DNA of 64,000 nucleotides, taken from positions 458,222 to 522,221 of the forward strand of contig CAWGPI010000004.1 in NCBI GenBank assembly GCA_963824525.1, written 5' to 3'. Below, piece after piece: positions 1 through 11,300 of this stretch. Origin of the DNA: an uncultured Gammaproteobacteria bacterium. Lineage in GTDB: Bacteria; Pseudomonadota; Gammaproteobacteria; Xanthomonadales; Rhodanobacteraceae. The notes under the pieces are model-generated. The model was given only the letters and a program-made list of their open reading frames with translations. It had not been told where the DNA came from and searched no databases. A program made the position numbers and the translations under genes. Every line of letters begins with the position of its first letter. Within the stretch, counting starts at the first letter, position 1.

Positions 1-431
1 TTGGTCTTATCGAAGTGCTGGTGGCTGTGCTGATTCTGTCGATCGGCTTCCTCGGCATGGCCGCGTTGCAGGCCAAGTCGCTGTCCACCAATAACAGCGC
101 CATGGCCCGCAGCATGGCCACGATCGCCAGCTATTCGATCCTCGACGCCATGAGGGCCGATGTGAGTGCCGCCGCGAACGGAGCCTACAACACCGCGACG
201 CCTCTGAAGGCTAGCGCATGCCCGACCGTTGATGACACGCTGGTCAACGCACAGCTTAACGACTGGTGCAACCAGTTGGGTGCGACCCTGGGAAAGGCGG
301 ACACCACCACCGGCGCCATCAGCTGTTTGGGAACCCGCGGCGATTGCACGATCACCATCACCTTTGACGACAGTCGCGCGGGTAGCGGTGGCGCGAGCAA
401 TCAAGTCATGGTCACCAAGGGCATGCTATGA
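1..431 (+). CDS. pilV: Type IV minor pilin PilV (5' end outside window)
   Basis: Frame continues upstream of 15 as GLIEVLVAVLILSIGFLGMAALQ, a prepilin N-terminal helix with E5; first gene of a V-W-X-Y1-E cluster. Confidence 0.88.
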   Translation, partial: GLIEVLVAVLILSIGFLGMAALQAKSLSTNNSAMARSMATIASYSILDAMRADVSAAANGAYNTATPLKASACPTVDDTLVNAQLNDWCNQLGATLGKADTTTGAISCLGTRGDCTITITFDDSRAGSGGASNQVMVTKGML

Positions 432-1456
432 GCGCGCGGCCGGCCACGAAGCGCAGTCGCATGGAAAATGCAGCGCGGATGGTGTGCCGTCATGCGCGCG
501 GCTTCAGCCTGATCGAACTCATGGTGGCGATGCTGCTGGGGCTTGTGGTGACGGCCGGCGTAGCTAGCGTGTTTCTGTCCAACCAGCAGGTATATCGCGC
601 CCATAGGGCCTTGAGTGATGTGCAGGACAGTGCGCGCATCGCCTTCGAAATGCTTGCGCGGGATATCCGTCATGCGGGACTCACCGCCTGCAGCAACAGC
701 CATCGCGTGGGCAACGTGCTCAATGCGGGGCCAAGCAATGCGGGAACTGTCTGGTGGGCGGATTGGAACAACGCCATCCGCGGCTATGCCGGTAACGATC
801 CAGTGGTCCCCGTAGGCAACGGCCAGGGCGCTCGCGTGTCTGGCTCGCCCTCGCTCCAGGTCCTTGGCGGCGATGACCTGAGCTTTAGCGTCGCGTCGCA
901 CGACGCCTCCGCGGCACAGTTCGCCTTGAACGAAAGCAGCGCGGACCTGAATTCGGGTGACGTCTTTATCGTGTGCGATTTCGACCATGCGGCCATCTTT
1001 CAATCCAGTGCGTTCAGTCATTCGGCCAAAACGATGGGACACGGGACCAGTGGCGGTAATTGCTCGACTGGGCTTGGCTATCCCACGGTGTGCACGACCA
1101 CGGGCAACCGCTACAGCTTTGGCTCCAACGCGCTGATTACGCGTCTCAATGTGTCCGACTGGTACATCGGCAAGAGCTCGACTGGCGGCACCTCCTTATA
1201 TCGACTGGCGCGCGCGGGCGGCACACCGACCACGCAGGAGATGGTGACTGGCGTGACGAACATGGCCTTGGCGTATCGCCAATCGGGGCTCGCCACGGCC
1301 TTCGTGGATGCTGCCAGCATCACCGATTGGAGCGCCGTCACCGCAGTGAAAGTCACCTTGACGATGCAGGGTGATGATGAGCGTGCCGGCATGAATGCGA
1401 GGCCGATTTCCCGCTCGTTCACCGCGACCACGACGTTGCGGAACCGGGTGTTGTGA
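428..1456 (+). CDS. pilW: Type IV minor pilin PilW
   Basis: Prepilin motif RG/FSLIELMVAM; DSARIAFEMLARDIRHAG; ends TTTLRNR; ATGA overlap with pilV. Confidence 0.88.
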   Translation: MSARPATKRSRMENAARMVCRHARGFSLIELMVAMLLGLVVTAGVASVFLSNQQVYRAHRALSDVQDSARIAFEMLARDIRHAGLTACSNSHRVGNVLNAGPSNAGTVWWADWNNAIRGYAGNDPVVPVGNGQGARVSGSPSLQVLGGDDLSFSVASHDASAAQFALNESSADLNSGDVFIVCDFDHAAIFQSSAFSHSAKTMGHGTSGGNCSTGLGYPTVCTTTGNRYSFGSNALITRLNVSDWYIGKSSTGGTSLYRLARAGGTPTTQEMVTGVTNMALAYRQSGLATAFVDAASITDWSAVTAVKVTLTMQGDDERAGMNARPISRSFTATTTLRNRVL

Positions 1457-1457
1457 G

Positions 1458-2102
1458 ATGAAGCCCTTGTCTCGAGCCATCGAAGCGACAGCTACGTTCA
1501 TCGGCCGCGATTCGCGGGCGCGCGCGCGCCATCGAGGCAGCGCCGTTCTTCGCGCAGATCAGCGTGGCGTCGCGCTGCTGGTAGCGCTGATCCTGCTGGT
1601 CGTGATCAGCCTGGTGGGAATCGCTGCTATCCGCGGGACCATCATGCAGCAGAAGATGGCGGCCAATCAGTACGACAGGCAGATCGCGTTCCAGAGCGCC
1701 GAGGCAGCGCTGCGTGCCGCGAAACTGCGAATCGCGTCGAATCCTGGGGATATCGCGCGCCATTGCCGCACGAGTTCGACGGTGTGTTTGTCCAATCCAT
1801 TCAACGACCCGAACTTGCCTGCCAACAGTATCCATGACGTTGCCAAGGGTACGGCCGATGGTGAGTTCACCGCAGCCACGGTGGCTGCGGGCCAGCCGCA
1901 GTACGTCATCGAAAACATGGGCAACTGGGCGGATCCCACAGCCGATACTGGCTTCAGTCAGAACGCCAGTTCGCACAACTATGGCGTGTCCGGCGGTTCC
2001 ACTACAGCGGCCTATTACCGAATCACGGCGCGCAACGGCGACCCCGCCTTGATTGGGGACCGTGCAGTCGTCGTGCTCCAGGCAGTCATCAAGCAGCGCT
2101 AA
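1458..2102 (+). CDS. pilX: Type IV minor pilin PilX
   Basis: QRG/VALLVALILL without E5, AFQSAEAALR, PQYVIE, YYRITAR; ATG at 1458 just after the pilW stop. Confidence 0.88.
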   Translation: MKPLSRAIEATATFIGRDSRARARHRGSAVLRADQRGVALLVALILLVVISLVGIAAIRGTIMQQKMAANQYDRQIAFQSAEAALRAAKLRIASNPGDIARHCRTSSTVCLSNPFNDPNLPANSIHDVAKGTADGEFTAATVAAGQPQYVIENMGNWADPTADTGFSQNASSHNYGVSGGSTTAAYYRITARNGDPALIGDRAVVVLQAVIKQR

Positions 2103-2160
2103 GTCACCTTGACCCGGCGCGGGCTTGTCTCGCGCGGCTCACTTTCAAAGCGGAATCGTC

Positions 2161-5100
2161 ATGAAGAACACACCCTGTCTGCCCGGCAAGGCTGGCCGCT
2201 TCCTGGGTGGGGTGCTTTCCACGAGCGTGGTCGTCTGGACCCTTGGCGTGATCCATTCGCCGGCCCGGGCCGCAGTCACCGTTGATCAGCAGCCGCTGAT
2301 CATCCAGAAATCGCTGCCGCCGAATATCGTGCTGATGCTCGACGACTCCGGCTCCATGGCGTGGGACGTGATGCCCGATTGGGGTTATCTGAGCGCCACG
2401 ACAGCCGACGCGTTGACCAGTGGCGCGATCAACGGTCTGTACTACAACCCAACCGTCAACTATCAGCCACCGTACCTGGCGGATGGTTCGCAGTACCCCG
2501 ACGCTGCGTTCGCGGCGGCATGGATCAACGGCTTCAAGCAGTCGGCGGGAAGCGTGGACCTGTCTTCGTACGATGGCTCAAGCGATGCCAGTCGGAGTGG
2601 CGCGTCGAAAAGCAGTATTGGTTACTCACAGGCTTTTTCCGCGACTTCAACGTCGGCTTATGCGGCGACGACGGGCTGCAATCCGGGGGACTCGTTGGTG
2701 ACCACGGGCTCCTATAAGGGGCAGTGCAAGCAAAGCGGTCGTGGCTCGTATTACGCCCCCGGTCCCCAATGCAACACCGGTGACAGCTATAGCTCAAGTT
2801 CCGGGCAGTGCATCGCAACGAAGACGACCTATACGTACCTGTTCAAGTACACCATCAAGAACGCGGACGGTACCTATACGCGTTACTACGTCGGCAAGTC
2901 CGGCGCGTGCGCCGCCGCATCGCTCGATGCCTCCGTGTGTACCGAGAGCGACACGGCGCAGCAAAATGTGGCCAATTGGTTCTCGTACTTCCATACGCGC
3001 ATGCTGATGGCAAAGAGTGGCCTGATGAATTCGTTCGTAGGATTGGATGCCACGTTTCGCGTGGGCTTTGGCTCGATCGACGGCAACAACGATGCCAACC
3101 TGCCATCCGATCAAACCAAGAAGAACAGCATCAACATAGCCAACGTCAAGCCTTTTTCCGATCAAAAGACGGCGTTCTGGAACTGGCTGGCCGGTGAAAC
3201 GGCCAATAGCGGCACGCCACTGCGCGCGGCACTCGATGCCGTGGGCCAGTACTACCAGACTGCCCAGCCATGGTCGGCGATGTCCACCGATCCCGATTAC
3301 GGCACTGGTGCCGGAACAGGCGAGCTGGCTTGCCGCCAGTCGTACACGATCCTGACGACGGATGGCTTCTGGAACGGCGCAGCCGCCTCGACCAGCATCG
3401 GCGATGCCGATAGCACCAGGAAGACCATCACAGGACCGAATAACCAGTCGTACACGTTCACTGCGGACAAACCTTATAAGGACGGCATGTCCGGCACGCT
3501 TGCCGACGTGGCGATGTATTACTGGGTCAACGATCTCCGCAACACGGCCAACGAAGTGCCGACCAATACGGAAGATCCGGCGTTCTGGCAGCACATGACC
3601 ACGTTTACGCTGGGCCTGGGGTTCGCGCCAACAGGTATCAAGCCAAGCGGTACGACGGTAGACCAGATCTTCAACTGGGCACGCGGTGGCACGGCGATCG
3701 CCAACTTCAGCTGGCCGGCGCCTTCCGCCGACAGCATCAACAATATTGCCGACCTGGCGCATGCCGCGGTGAACGGCCATGGCGGCTTCTATTCCGCCAC
3801 CAGCCCCCAGGCGTTCACCAGCGGTTTGAAGGATGCACTCAAGCGCGCGACGGAACGCGTCGGTACCGGCGCCAGCCTTGCTGCCAACTCCACCCAGCTG
3901 AAGACGGGTACGGTGGCGTATCAAGCGAACTACTACACGGCGAAATGGAAGGGTGATCTCAAGGCATTGGCCATCGACCCCCATAGCGGCGCCATCGCTG
4001 CCAATCCCACCTGGACAGCCGCCACGGTGTTGCCGGCCTTTGGAAGCCGCGTCATCTATACGTATAACCCCTTGGCGACGTCGGCCGACGCGGCCGTGTT
4101 TCCATTCACCAGTGCGAATGTCGACCTGCTTTCGGCAGCGCAGAAGAGCGCCTTGGGTGGCGCCCCGGCAGACCAGCATCGCATGATCAATTACTTGCGA
4201 GGCGATGCCTCGCAGGAGTTGCGGAATTCCGGGGCGCTTCGTAGTCGCGACACGGCGCTTGGCGATATCGTCAACTCGCAGCCTGTCTATGTAGGAGCTC
4301 CGGACCCCAACCAGTTCGTGGGTCAGAGCTTCACGGGCTCGGGCACATTCGCCAGCTATGCCATCAACAAGAAAGCGCGCACGGGGCTCGTTCTGGTCGC
4401 CGCCAACGATGGGATGCTGCATGCCTTCCATGCGAGCACCGGCGTGGAGGCTTACGCGTATCTGCCGGGCGCGGTGATCACGAGCCAACTCAAGCAGTTG
4501 TCCGATCCCAACTATGGCGGCAACGATATCCCGCACCAGTACTTCAATGACGGAGAACTGACGGTTGCGGACGTCTATTTCGGTTCCCCTGCCAGCTGGC
4601 ACACCGTGGCGGTGGGGACCACGGGGCGTGGTGCGGCGAAAGCGGTCTATGCGATTGATGTCACCGATCCGGCCACGTTCAAACTGCTGTGGGAGCGCTC
4701 TGCTGCAGATGGTGGCATCAACAGCGGCTATATCGGGCAGATGACCGGCAAGCCGGTGATCGCACAAACGGCTGGCGGAGCGTGGTCGGTGTTGATGGGC
4801 AATGGTTACAACAGTAGCCATGGGACAGCGGCGCTGCTTCAGTTCGCACTGGCCGACGGTACGCTGAGCGTGCGCGCCACGACGGATGCGAATGCGGGCA
4901 ACGGCCTGGCGGCGCCGGCCGTGTGGATCGATGACAACGTCAAAGGCATAGGCACGGTGGCATATGCAGGCGATGCAAAGGGGCAGGTGTGGAAGTTCAT
5001 TCTCAACGATGGAACGGACGCCAAGCCAAGCAGCACGGGTAGCCTCGTATTCACCGCGCAGGATAGTGGCGGCGTTGCGCAACCCATTACCGCCGGCATG

Positions 5101-5811
5101 CTGATAGGTCGTGATCCGGCGACCAGCAACCTCTGGTTGTTTTTTGGCACCGGCAAGTACCTGGCGGCGACCGATCTCAGCAACACCGCCACGCAGTCTT
5201 GGTACGGGCTTATCGTGCAGTCGGGCACCGATGCGCTGGTCAGCAACCTTGCCGCCAATGGGCGCCGCGCGTTGGTAGAGCGCAACATCATCGTCGAGAC
5301 GGCGGGTGATTCGACCGCCACGCCTCCGGTGTCACCGGGGCGTGCGATCACGGCGGCGTCCACGCTGAGCGATATGGTGGGCAAGTCGGGTTGGTATATG
5401 GATCTCACGTCGCCACTCCACGGTGCAGAGGGCGAACGCATGGTCTCGCCCAGCCAGTTCCAGGGCAGTCTGCTGTTGGGTACCACGCGTATCCCCCAGG
5501 CCACCGATGTGTGCAACCCGTCGGGTCGGGGCTGGATCATGGCCATCAATCCGTTTACCGGCAATGCGCCATCGTCGAGCTTCTTCGATCTGAACGGCAA
5601 CGGCTCGATCAACGACGGCGATTCGCTCGTCTCCGGCGAGAACGCCTATGGAAACAGCGGCATCGGCTTCAGTTCGTTGCCGAACAATCCGATCTTCGTG
5701 GGCGGCGTGATGCTGGTGAGCTTCGATAACGGTGCCAACGGCAGCGTGAATACGGCAGGTTCCGACGGCGTCTCCATGCGGGTGTCCTGGCGTGAACTGG
5801 CCAATCCCTGA
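2161..5811 (+). CDS. pilY1: Type IV pilus tip adhesin PilY1
   Basis: Signal peptide; vWA-like PNIVLMLDDSGSM, GTPL, LTTDG; C-terminal propeller motifs LGDIVNS, AANDGMLHAF, FGTGKY. Confidence 0.92.
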   Translation: MKNTPCLPGKAGRFLGGVLSTSVVVWTLGVIHSPARAAVTVDQQPLIIQKSLPPNIVLMLDDSGSMAWDVMPDWGYLSATTADALTSGAINGLYYNPTVNYQPPYLADGSQYPDAAFAAAWINGFKQSAGSVDLSSYDGSSDASRSGASKSSIGYSQAFSATSTSAYAATTGCNPGDSLVTTGSYKGQCKQSGRGSYYAPGPQCNTGDSYSSSSGQCIATKTTYTYLFKYTIKNADGTYTRYYVGKSGACAAASLDASVCTESDTAQQNVANWFSYFHTRMLMAKSGLMNSFVGLDATFRVGFGSIDGNNDANLPSDQTKKNSINIANVKPFSDQKTAFWNWLAGETANSGTPLRAALDAVGQYYQTAQPWSAMSTDPDYGTGAGTGELACRQSYTILTTDGFWNGAAASTSIGDADSTRKTITGPNNQSYTFTADKPYKDGMSGTLADVAMYYWVNDLRNTANEVPTNTEDPAFWQHMTTFTLGLGFAPTGIKPSGTTVDQIFNWARGGTAIANFSWPAPSADSINNIADLAHAAVNGHGGFYSATSPQAFTSGLKDALKRATERVGTGASLAANSTQLKTGTVAYQANYYTAKWKGDLKALAIDPHSGAIAANPTWTAATVLPAFGSRVIYTYNPLATSADAAVFPFTSANVDLLSAAQKSALGGAPADQHRMINYLRGDASQELRNSGALRSRDTALGDIVNSQPVYVGAPDPNQFVGQSFTGSGTFASYAINKKARTGLVLVAANDGMLHAFHASTGVEAYAYLPGAVITSQLKQLSDPNYGGNDIPHQYFNDGELTVADVYFGSPASWHTVAVGTTGRGAAKAVYAIDVTDPATFKLLWERSAADGGINSGYIGQMTGKPVIAQTAGGAWSVLMGNGYNSSHGTAALLQFALADGTLSVRATTDANAGNGLAAPAVWIDDNVKGIGTVAYAGDAKGQVWKFILNDGTDAKPSSTGSLVFTAQDSGGVAQPITAGMLIGRDPATSNLWLFFGTGKYLAATDLSNTATQSWYGLIVQSGTDALVSNLAANGRRALVERNIIVETAGDSTATPPVSPGRAITAASTLSDMVGKSGWYMDLTSPLHGAEGERMVSPSQFQGSLLLGTTRIPQATDVCNPSGRGWIMAINPFTGNAPSSSFFDLNGNGSINDGDSLVSGENAYGNSGIGFSSLPNNPIFVGGVMLVSFDNGANGSVNTAGSDGVSMRVSWRELANP

Positions 5812-5814
5812 GGA

Positions 5815-6324
5815 ATGATGATGCGTGTGACTCGTTCGTTCGATGGGCCGCTCGTGGTCTGCATGGGTGCTTGCAGTACCCGACGGGATCGTGGCCATCA
5901 TGAGCGTGGAAATTCCCGCGCGAAGCTGGGTTTCACGCTGGTTGAGGTGATGATCGTGGTGGCGATCATTGCGATCCTCGCCGCGATTGCCTACCCCACG
6001 TACACCCGGCACATCGCCAAGGCGAACCGCGTCGCTGCACAGGGATGTCTGGGGGAGTACGCGAACTATATGGAACGGTTCTACACGACCCATCTGCGTT
6101 ATGACCAAACGTCTTCGGGCGTGGAGAACACCGATCCGCACCTGGATTGCCAGGGCAGGAGCGCATCCAGCTACGTCATCACACTCGCCATGGCGTCGAC
6201 GAGCTACCGCATTACGGCGACCCCACTATCCGTCCAGACAGCAAGGGAGGGTGGACAGTGCGGAACGCTGACGTTGGATCAGAAGGGCGCGCGCACGCCA
6301 GGTGGTTCTGGCTGCTGGCCGTAG
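5815..6324 (+). CDS. pilE: Type IV minor pilin PilE (start may be ATG 5863)
   Basis: G/FTLVEVMIVVAIIAILAAIAYP; MERFYT; CGTLTLDQKG...CW C-terminus. Confidence 0.9.
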   Translation: MMMRVTRSFDGPLVVCMGACSTRRDRGHHERGNSRAKLGFTLVEVMIVVAIIAILAAIAYPTYTRHIAKANRVAAQGCLGEYANYMERFYTTHLRYDQTSSGVENTDPHLDCQGRSASSYVITLAMASTSYRITATPLSVQTAREGGQCGTLTLDQKGARTPGGSGCWP

Positions 6325-6402
6325 CGCGTTCGTCTTTGTTCGGGACAGAGCCACGCATGGCGGCCTTGGCTCCACTCACACGCGGCGCCATGCTTGGCTG
6401 CG

Positions 6403-8385
6403 TCACCCGTTGAAGGCTTCCCAGTGCGTATGCAACCCCGAATGGCGGCGTACGGATTGCTGCGTTATGTGGGCGATGATCGGCCCAGGCGCAAGCAGAC
6501 TAAACCATCGCCTTGCCCGCGTGATGCCGGTATAGAGCAGTTCGCGCGTAAGTACCGCGCTTGGCTCGTCCGGCAGGACGAGCGCGGCGTGGTCGAACTC
6601 GGAACCCTGTGATTTGTGCACGGTCATGGCATAGACGGTTTCCCGCTCGCCCAGGCGTGAGGGAAGCACGAAGCGGATGCGAGTATTGGCATCGTTCGTC
6701 TCGCCCGCCACTTCGAAGGCCACGCGCAGATGCAGCCTGCCGTTTTCGTCAGGCACGCGTAGCGTGATGCCGACGTCGCCGTTCATAAGGCCCAGGTTGT
6801 AGTCGTTGCGTGTCACGAGCACGGGGCGCCCTTCGTACCATTCACGGCTCGCGTCGATCAGTCCGGCGCGGTGCAGGATATCGGTCACCTGTCGATTGAG
6901 CCCCTCGGCGCCCATCGGGCCCTGACGCAGCGCGCATAGCAGTTGGAAGCGGCCGAAGCTCTGCAGAACGCCACGTGCCCACGTGTCGAAGGCCGCCGCG
7001 TCAGCTTCAGTGGCGGGGCGCTCGCGGCGTACCCATTCAAGATAGTGGCGATAGCCCTGGGGAGAGGCGTTGTCGCCGCGTGTGACGAAGCGCTTGGCGC
7101 CGCCCTCGAGCACGAGTTCGGCCAGGCGTTGCGTTTCGACGGCCGAGTCCGTCCATGCAATGTCGCTATGGGGCCGGTTCAGCAGCTGCCGAACCCGGGC
7201 GACATGACCTTCGTTCGTCGCCTGCGCGAGCATGCCGATGCCACTCTCGGCACCGAAGCGGTGGCTGTGGCGCAGCATGGTGACGTGTTGGTCCAGTGGA
7301 GAGGCGTCGGCACGCACCCAGGCATCGACATTGTCGCCCGTGGTCTGACGCAGCCAGTCGGCCGTTGCCGGACTGTAGTGCGCGATGTCCGCGCGGCGGC
7401 ACAGGTCGCCCAGCACGGCACCCGCTTCCACCGACGAGAGCTGGTCTTTGTCACCGAGCAGGATCAGCTTCGCCTCATCAGGCAGCGCGGCCAGTACGGC
7501 CGACATCATCTCCAGATCGATCATCGAGGCTTCGTCGATGACCAGTACGTCCAGGTGCAGCGGATGACTGCTGTCGTGACGAAAGCGGCGCGTATCCGGC
7601 CGTGCGCCCAGCAACCGGTGCAAGGTATCGACCTGGCCGGGAATTGTCGCGCGCACATCGCTGTCGACATCAAGCTGTGCGATCTGCGCGCTGATCGATG
7701 CCTGCAGTCGCGCCGATGCTTTGCCGGTGGGTGCGGCCAGGCGAATGCGCAGCGGACGGGGAGAGTGGTTGCGCTGCAGGGTTTGCAGCAGGCCAAGCAG
7801 GCGCACGACGGTGGTGGTCTTGCCCGTGCCCGGGCCGCCCGTGATGACGGTAAAAGCGCCGCGCGCTGCCAAGGCACAGGCGATGCGTTGCCAGTCGGGG
7901 CGGTGGGTGGCCTCGGCGGGAAACAGGCGCGCCAGTTGTTCGGCCAGCTGTGGCGGCGCGCTGGGCGACTGGCTCAAGCGGAGGTCGATGGCCTGCGCGA
8001 CGCGTTGCTCGTGATTCCAGTAACGGCGCAAGTAGAGCCGCTGGCCGTCGAGTACCAAGGGCGAGCTGGAGCGATCACCCGCGTCGGGCGTGGCGATGAG
8101 TATCGAATGGCTCAATGACGCGGGATCGGCCGTTGCGGTCGCGATGAGTGCACGCCAGCTCGATGGCCACGCGAACTCTTCGGCCAGTGGCTCCCACGAT
8201 GCCAGATCGAGGCAGAGATGCCCGTCGGCCTGTTGTCGACTCACCAGTGCGCCAAGCAAGGGCAGCACGGCCGGGGCATGCGCATCCTGCGCCGCGAGGA
8301 AGCGGGCGAACGCGACGTCAAGGGCACGTAACGTGCCACGCTCAGTGGCCTGGTCCAGCAGGTCGAGCCGGGAGTCATGCCGCAT
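6403..8385 (-). CDS. recD: Exodeoxyribonuclease V alpha subunit
   Basis: GGPGTGKTT, APTGK, DEASM, GDKDQL, YAMTVHKSQGSEF, YTGITRA. Confidence 0.97.
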   Translation of the reverse strand: MRHDSRLDLLDQATERGTLRALDVAFARFLAAQDAHAPAVLPLLGALVSRQQADGHLCLDLASWEPLAEEFAWPSSWRALIATATADPASLSHSILIATPDAGDRSSSPLVLDGQRLYLRRYWNHEQRVAQAIDLRLSQSPSAPPQLAEQLARLFPAEATHRPDWQRIACALAARGAFTVITGGPGTGKTTTVVRLLGLLQTLQRNHSPRPLRIRLAAPTGKASARLQASISAQIAQLDVDSDVRATIPGQVDTLHRLLGARPDTRRFRHDSSHPLHLDVLVIDEASMIDLEMMSAVLAALPDEAKLILLGDKDQLSSVEAGAVLGDLCRRADIAHYSPATADWLRQTTGDNVDAWVRADASPLDQHVTMLRHSHRFGAESGIGMLAQATNEGHVARVRQLLNRPHSDIAWTDSAVETQRLAELVLEGGAKRFVTRGDNASPQGYRHYLEWVRRERPATEADAAAFDTWARGVLQSFGRFQLLCALRQGPMGAEGLNRQVTDILHRAGLIDASREWYEGRPVLVTRNDYNLGLMNGDVGITLRVPDENGRLHLRVAFEVAGETNDANTRIRFVLPSRLGERETVYAMTVHKSQGSEFDHAALVLPDEPSAVLTRELLYTGITRARRWFSLLAPGPIIAHITQQSVRRHSGLHTHWEAFNG

Positions 8386-11300
8386 GAGCGTGCGCTCCTG
8401 TCGCGAACAGGCGATCCATCGCGTCGATCAGCGCCCGTGGCAGACGCTCCTGGTGAACACCATGGCCCGCGCCGTCGATGCCGCGCAGATACAGATACGC
8501 GACGCCGCCCATATGGCGGTCGTAGTCGTAACCCGGCAGGCGTGCGCGTAACTGGCGATGCAGGGCCAGCGTGTAGATGGCGTACTGCAGGTCATAACGT
8601 TCACGCAGGATCGATTCGCGCATAGCCGTGGGTGTATAGGCGCTGGCGTCGTTGCCGAGCTTGTTCGACTTGTAGTCGATCACGTAGTAACGCCCCTGGT
8701 ACTCGACGATCAGGTCGATAAAGCCCTTGAGCAGTCCATTGATGCGTTCGGGCAACAACGGTGTGCGCGATTGGCCATTGAGCGAGTGCTCGGTGACCAG
8801 CCGGTCGAGCGCGAGTGTGTCGACATGCTGGGCCTCGAACCAGAACTCCATTTCGGCGTAGTAGCCATCCACGCCGGCAAGGCTGGCCGATGCGCCATCG
8901 GGGAGGGCCAGGGGTGTGCGAAGCATGGCGGGCATCCAGCGCGACAGCAGGGGAATGTCGGCTTGCCAGCCGCGCCGTTGGCAGCGTCGGGCGATTTCCT
9001 TTTCGAGTCCGCTGGCGTCATCCGCGATCGCCGCGAAACCCTCGTCGGCCGCCCATTCGAGTAGGTCGTGCAGGAACGTGCCAGCCTCGGCGCCGGCGTG
9101 AAAAGCGTGCATGCCCTGCGCGTGCGTAGGCAGGAACTCTGCCATGGCCGGTTGCTCGTTGCCCAGCTCGACAAGCACGTCCTGCGTTGCCGTCTCCGGC
9201 GCGGATATCGAAACGAGTTCCCCCTCTGCGTATTTCAACGAGCTGTAGCTCGCGACCCACCAGCGTTCCTGGGCTCCGCCGGTATAGGTGCGCGCATCCC
9301 ACAGCGGGGTGATGTCTCCCTCGGAGGTCTTGAGCAAATGCTGCTCTGGCTGCAGCAACGTCTCGATGGAAAGGTCCGGATGGCCTCCACGCAAGGTATC
9401 GAGGCGGTGCATCAGCTCGCCCGGCTGGATCGCCTCGCCACCAGACAGCACATGGCCAAAGGCGGACTTGTGCAGAGGTGTTGTCCTGGCCCCGCCCACG
9501 CCAGCAATGCCCAGCCAGCAGGCATAGCGCGCGCGGGTCAGTGCGACATAGAGCAGGCGAAGATCCTCCTGCAGGCGCTCGCGATCGGCGAGCGCGCGTG
9601 CCGCGTCGTCGGCGCGCAGGTCCATCTGGGGTTCGCCTTCCGCGTCATGCCACAGGAAGCTGTCCTCGCGCTTCACCTCTCGTGCGGAGCAGATGAAAGG
9701 CAGCAGTACGAGCGGGTATTCCAAACCCTTTGACTTGTGGATGGTCACCACCTTGATGAGCGCGGCCTCGCTTTCCAGGCGCACGATCTGCTCTTCCGCG
9801 GTATCCGCCAGCGGGTCGACGGCCGTGGCCATCTGCGCGGCCAGGTAACGGATCAGTGCATGATCGCCGTCCAGGCTCGCGGCGGCGTGCTGCAGCAGTT
9901 CGGCCAAGTGCAGCAGATTCGTCAGTGCGCGTTCGCCGTCGGGCTGGGCGAGCAAGTGGGCGGGGAGATCGAAGGCGTGCAGCAGATCGTGCAGCATGGC
10001 CAGCACGCCATGGCGCTGCCAGGTGACATGCAATTGGCGGAAGCGCTCGCCGCAGGCTTCCCAGTGATGCTCGTCGAGATTGAGGCGGTCCAGCGCCGCG
10101 TCGCTCTGCCCCAGCGTCGGCGTGGCCAAGGCTGCACGCATGCTGCGGTCGGACCCTGGATCAGCACAGGCTTGCAACCAGCGCAGCAGATCGGCGGCCT
10201 CGGCCGAGGCATAAACGGAATCGCGATCGGACAGATAGACACTCTTGAGACCACGCCGCTGCATTTCAGCACGCACCCGCGCCGCCTCGGTGCCGTTGCG
10301 CACGAGAATCGCGATATCGCCCGGCTTCAATGGCGTGATCTGGTCGTCCTGGCCCATGAAGCCGCAGCGTCCATCCGCTGCCGCGGTCAGCAATTGCACC
10401 AGGTAGGCAGCGGCGTGCCGGGCCATCAAGTCCACATAGGCCGAAGCGCTGATGGTTTCCGGTCTGTCTTCGACGGCCAGTTGCATCGGTGGCAGCGGTT
10501 GGCCATCGAGCACGAGCCGATCGCTTCGTCCACGCGCCGCGACGGGATGGAACGGCAGCGCGCTACTGCCATGTCCAAAGCCGAAGGCGCCCTCGGCGTG
10601 GGTGTCGGCGTGCTCGAAGATGCGGTTGACCGCGCTCACCAGCGCCCGGGTCGAGCGGTAATTGGTGTCGAGCGTCCACGTCGGCTGCTGCGCCGTGGCG
10701 CGGGCGCGCAGGTAGGTATGGATGTCCGCACCGCGGAAGCCATAGATGGCCTGCTTGGGATCGCCGATCAGCAGCAGGCCGGTGGACGCGCGTCCGGCGT
10801 AAATGCGGCGAAAGATGCGCCACTGCAGCGGGTCCGTGTCCTGGAACTCGTCGATCAAGGCGATCGGGTATTGCGTGGCGATCGTGTCGGCCAGCCTGGC
10901 GCCAGCATGGCTGTGCAGTGCATCGTCGAGGCGCTTGAGCATGTCATCGAAGCCGAGCTGGGCGCGACGCTGTTTGGTGTGTTCCAACCGCTGGGCCACC
11001 CAGGTGGCGGCATGGGCCAGCATGGTCGCCTGCAACGCAGCGAGACTCTTTTGCGTTGTGGCACACGCTTCGACGGCCACGAACGCATCGTGGATGAGCG
11101 GCGCGGCGTTCTTGTTCTTGGCCGCGGCCAGTGCGGACTGGGTGTAACGAGGCAGGGTCTCGCTGGCGTCGGCAAGCCCCAACGACCATTGCCGCAGAAG
11201 AGCCAGTTCGGCGACCACTTTCTCGCGCCTCATCTTGTTGCCGTTAAGCGCTCCCGACTCCAGTGCGACAGCAAACATGGTCTCGATCGGCTCCACGTTC

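Noticed and set aside
2794-5082. 762-aa antisense ORF, and similar long shadow ORFs (9737-11932, 25322-26818, 43170-44567)
   Set aside because: They overlap well-supported genes, have Arg/Ala-rich non-protein-like composition and are expected in high-GC DNA
6355-6393. Inverted repeat GCATGGCG/CGCCATGC between convergent pilE and recD as a terminator
   Set aside because: Large loop and no U-tract on either strand
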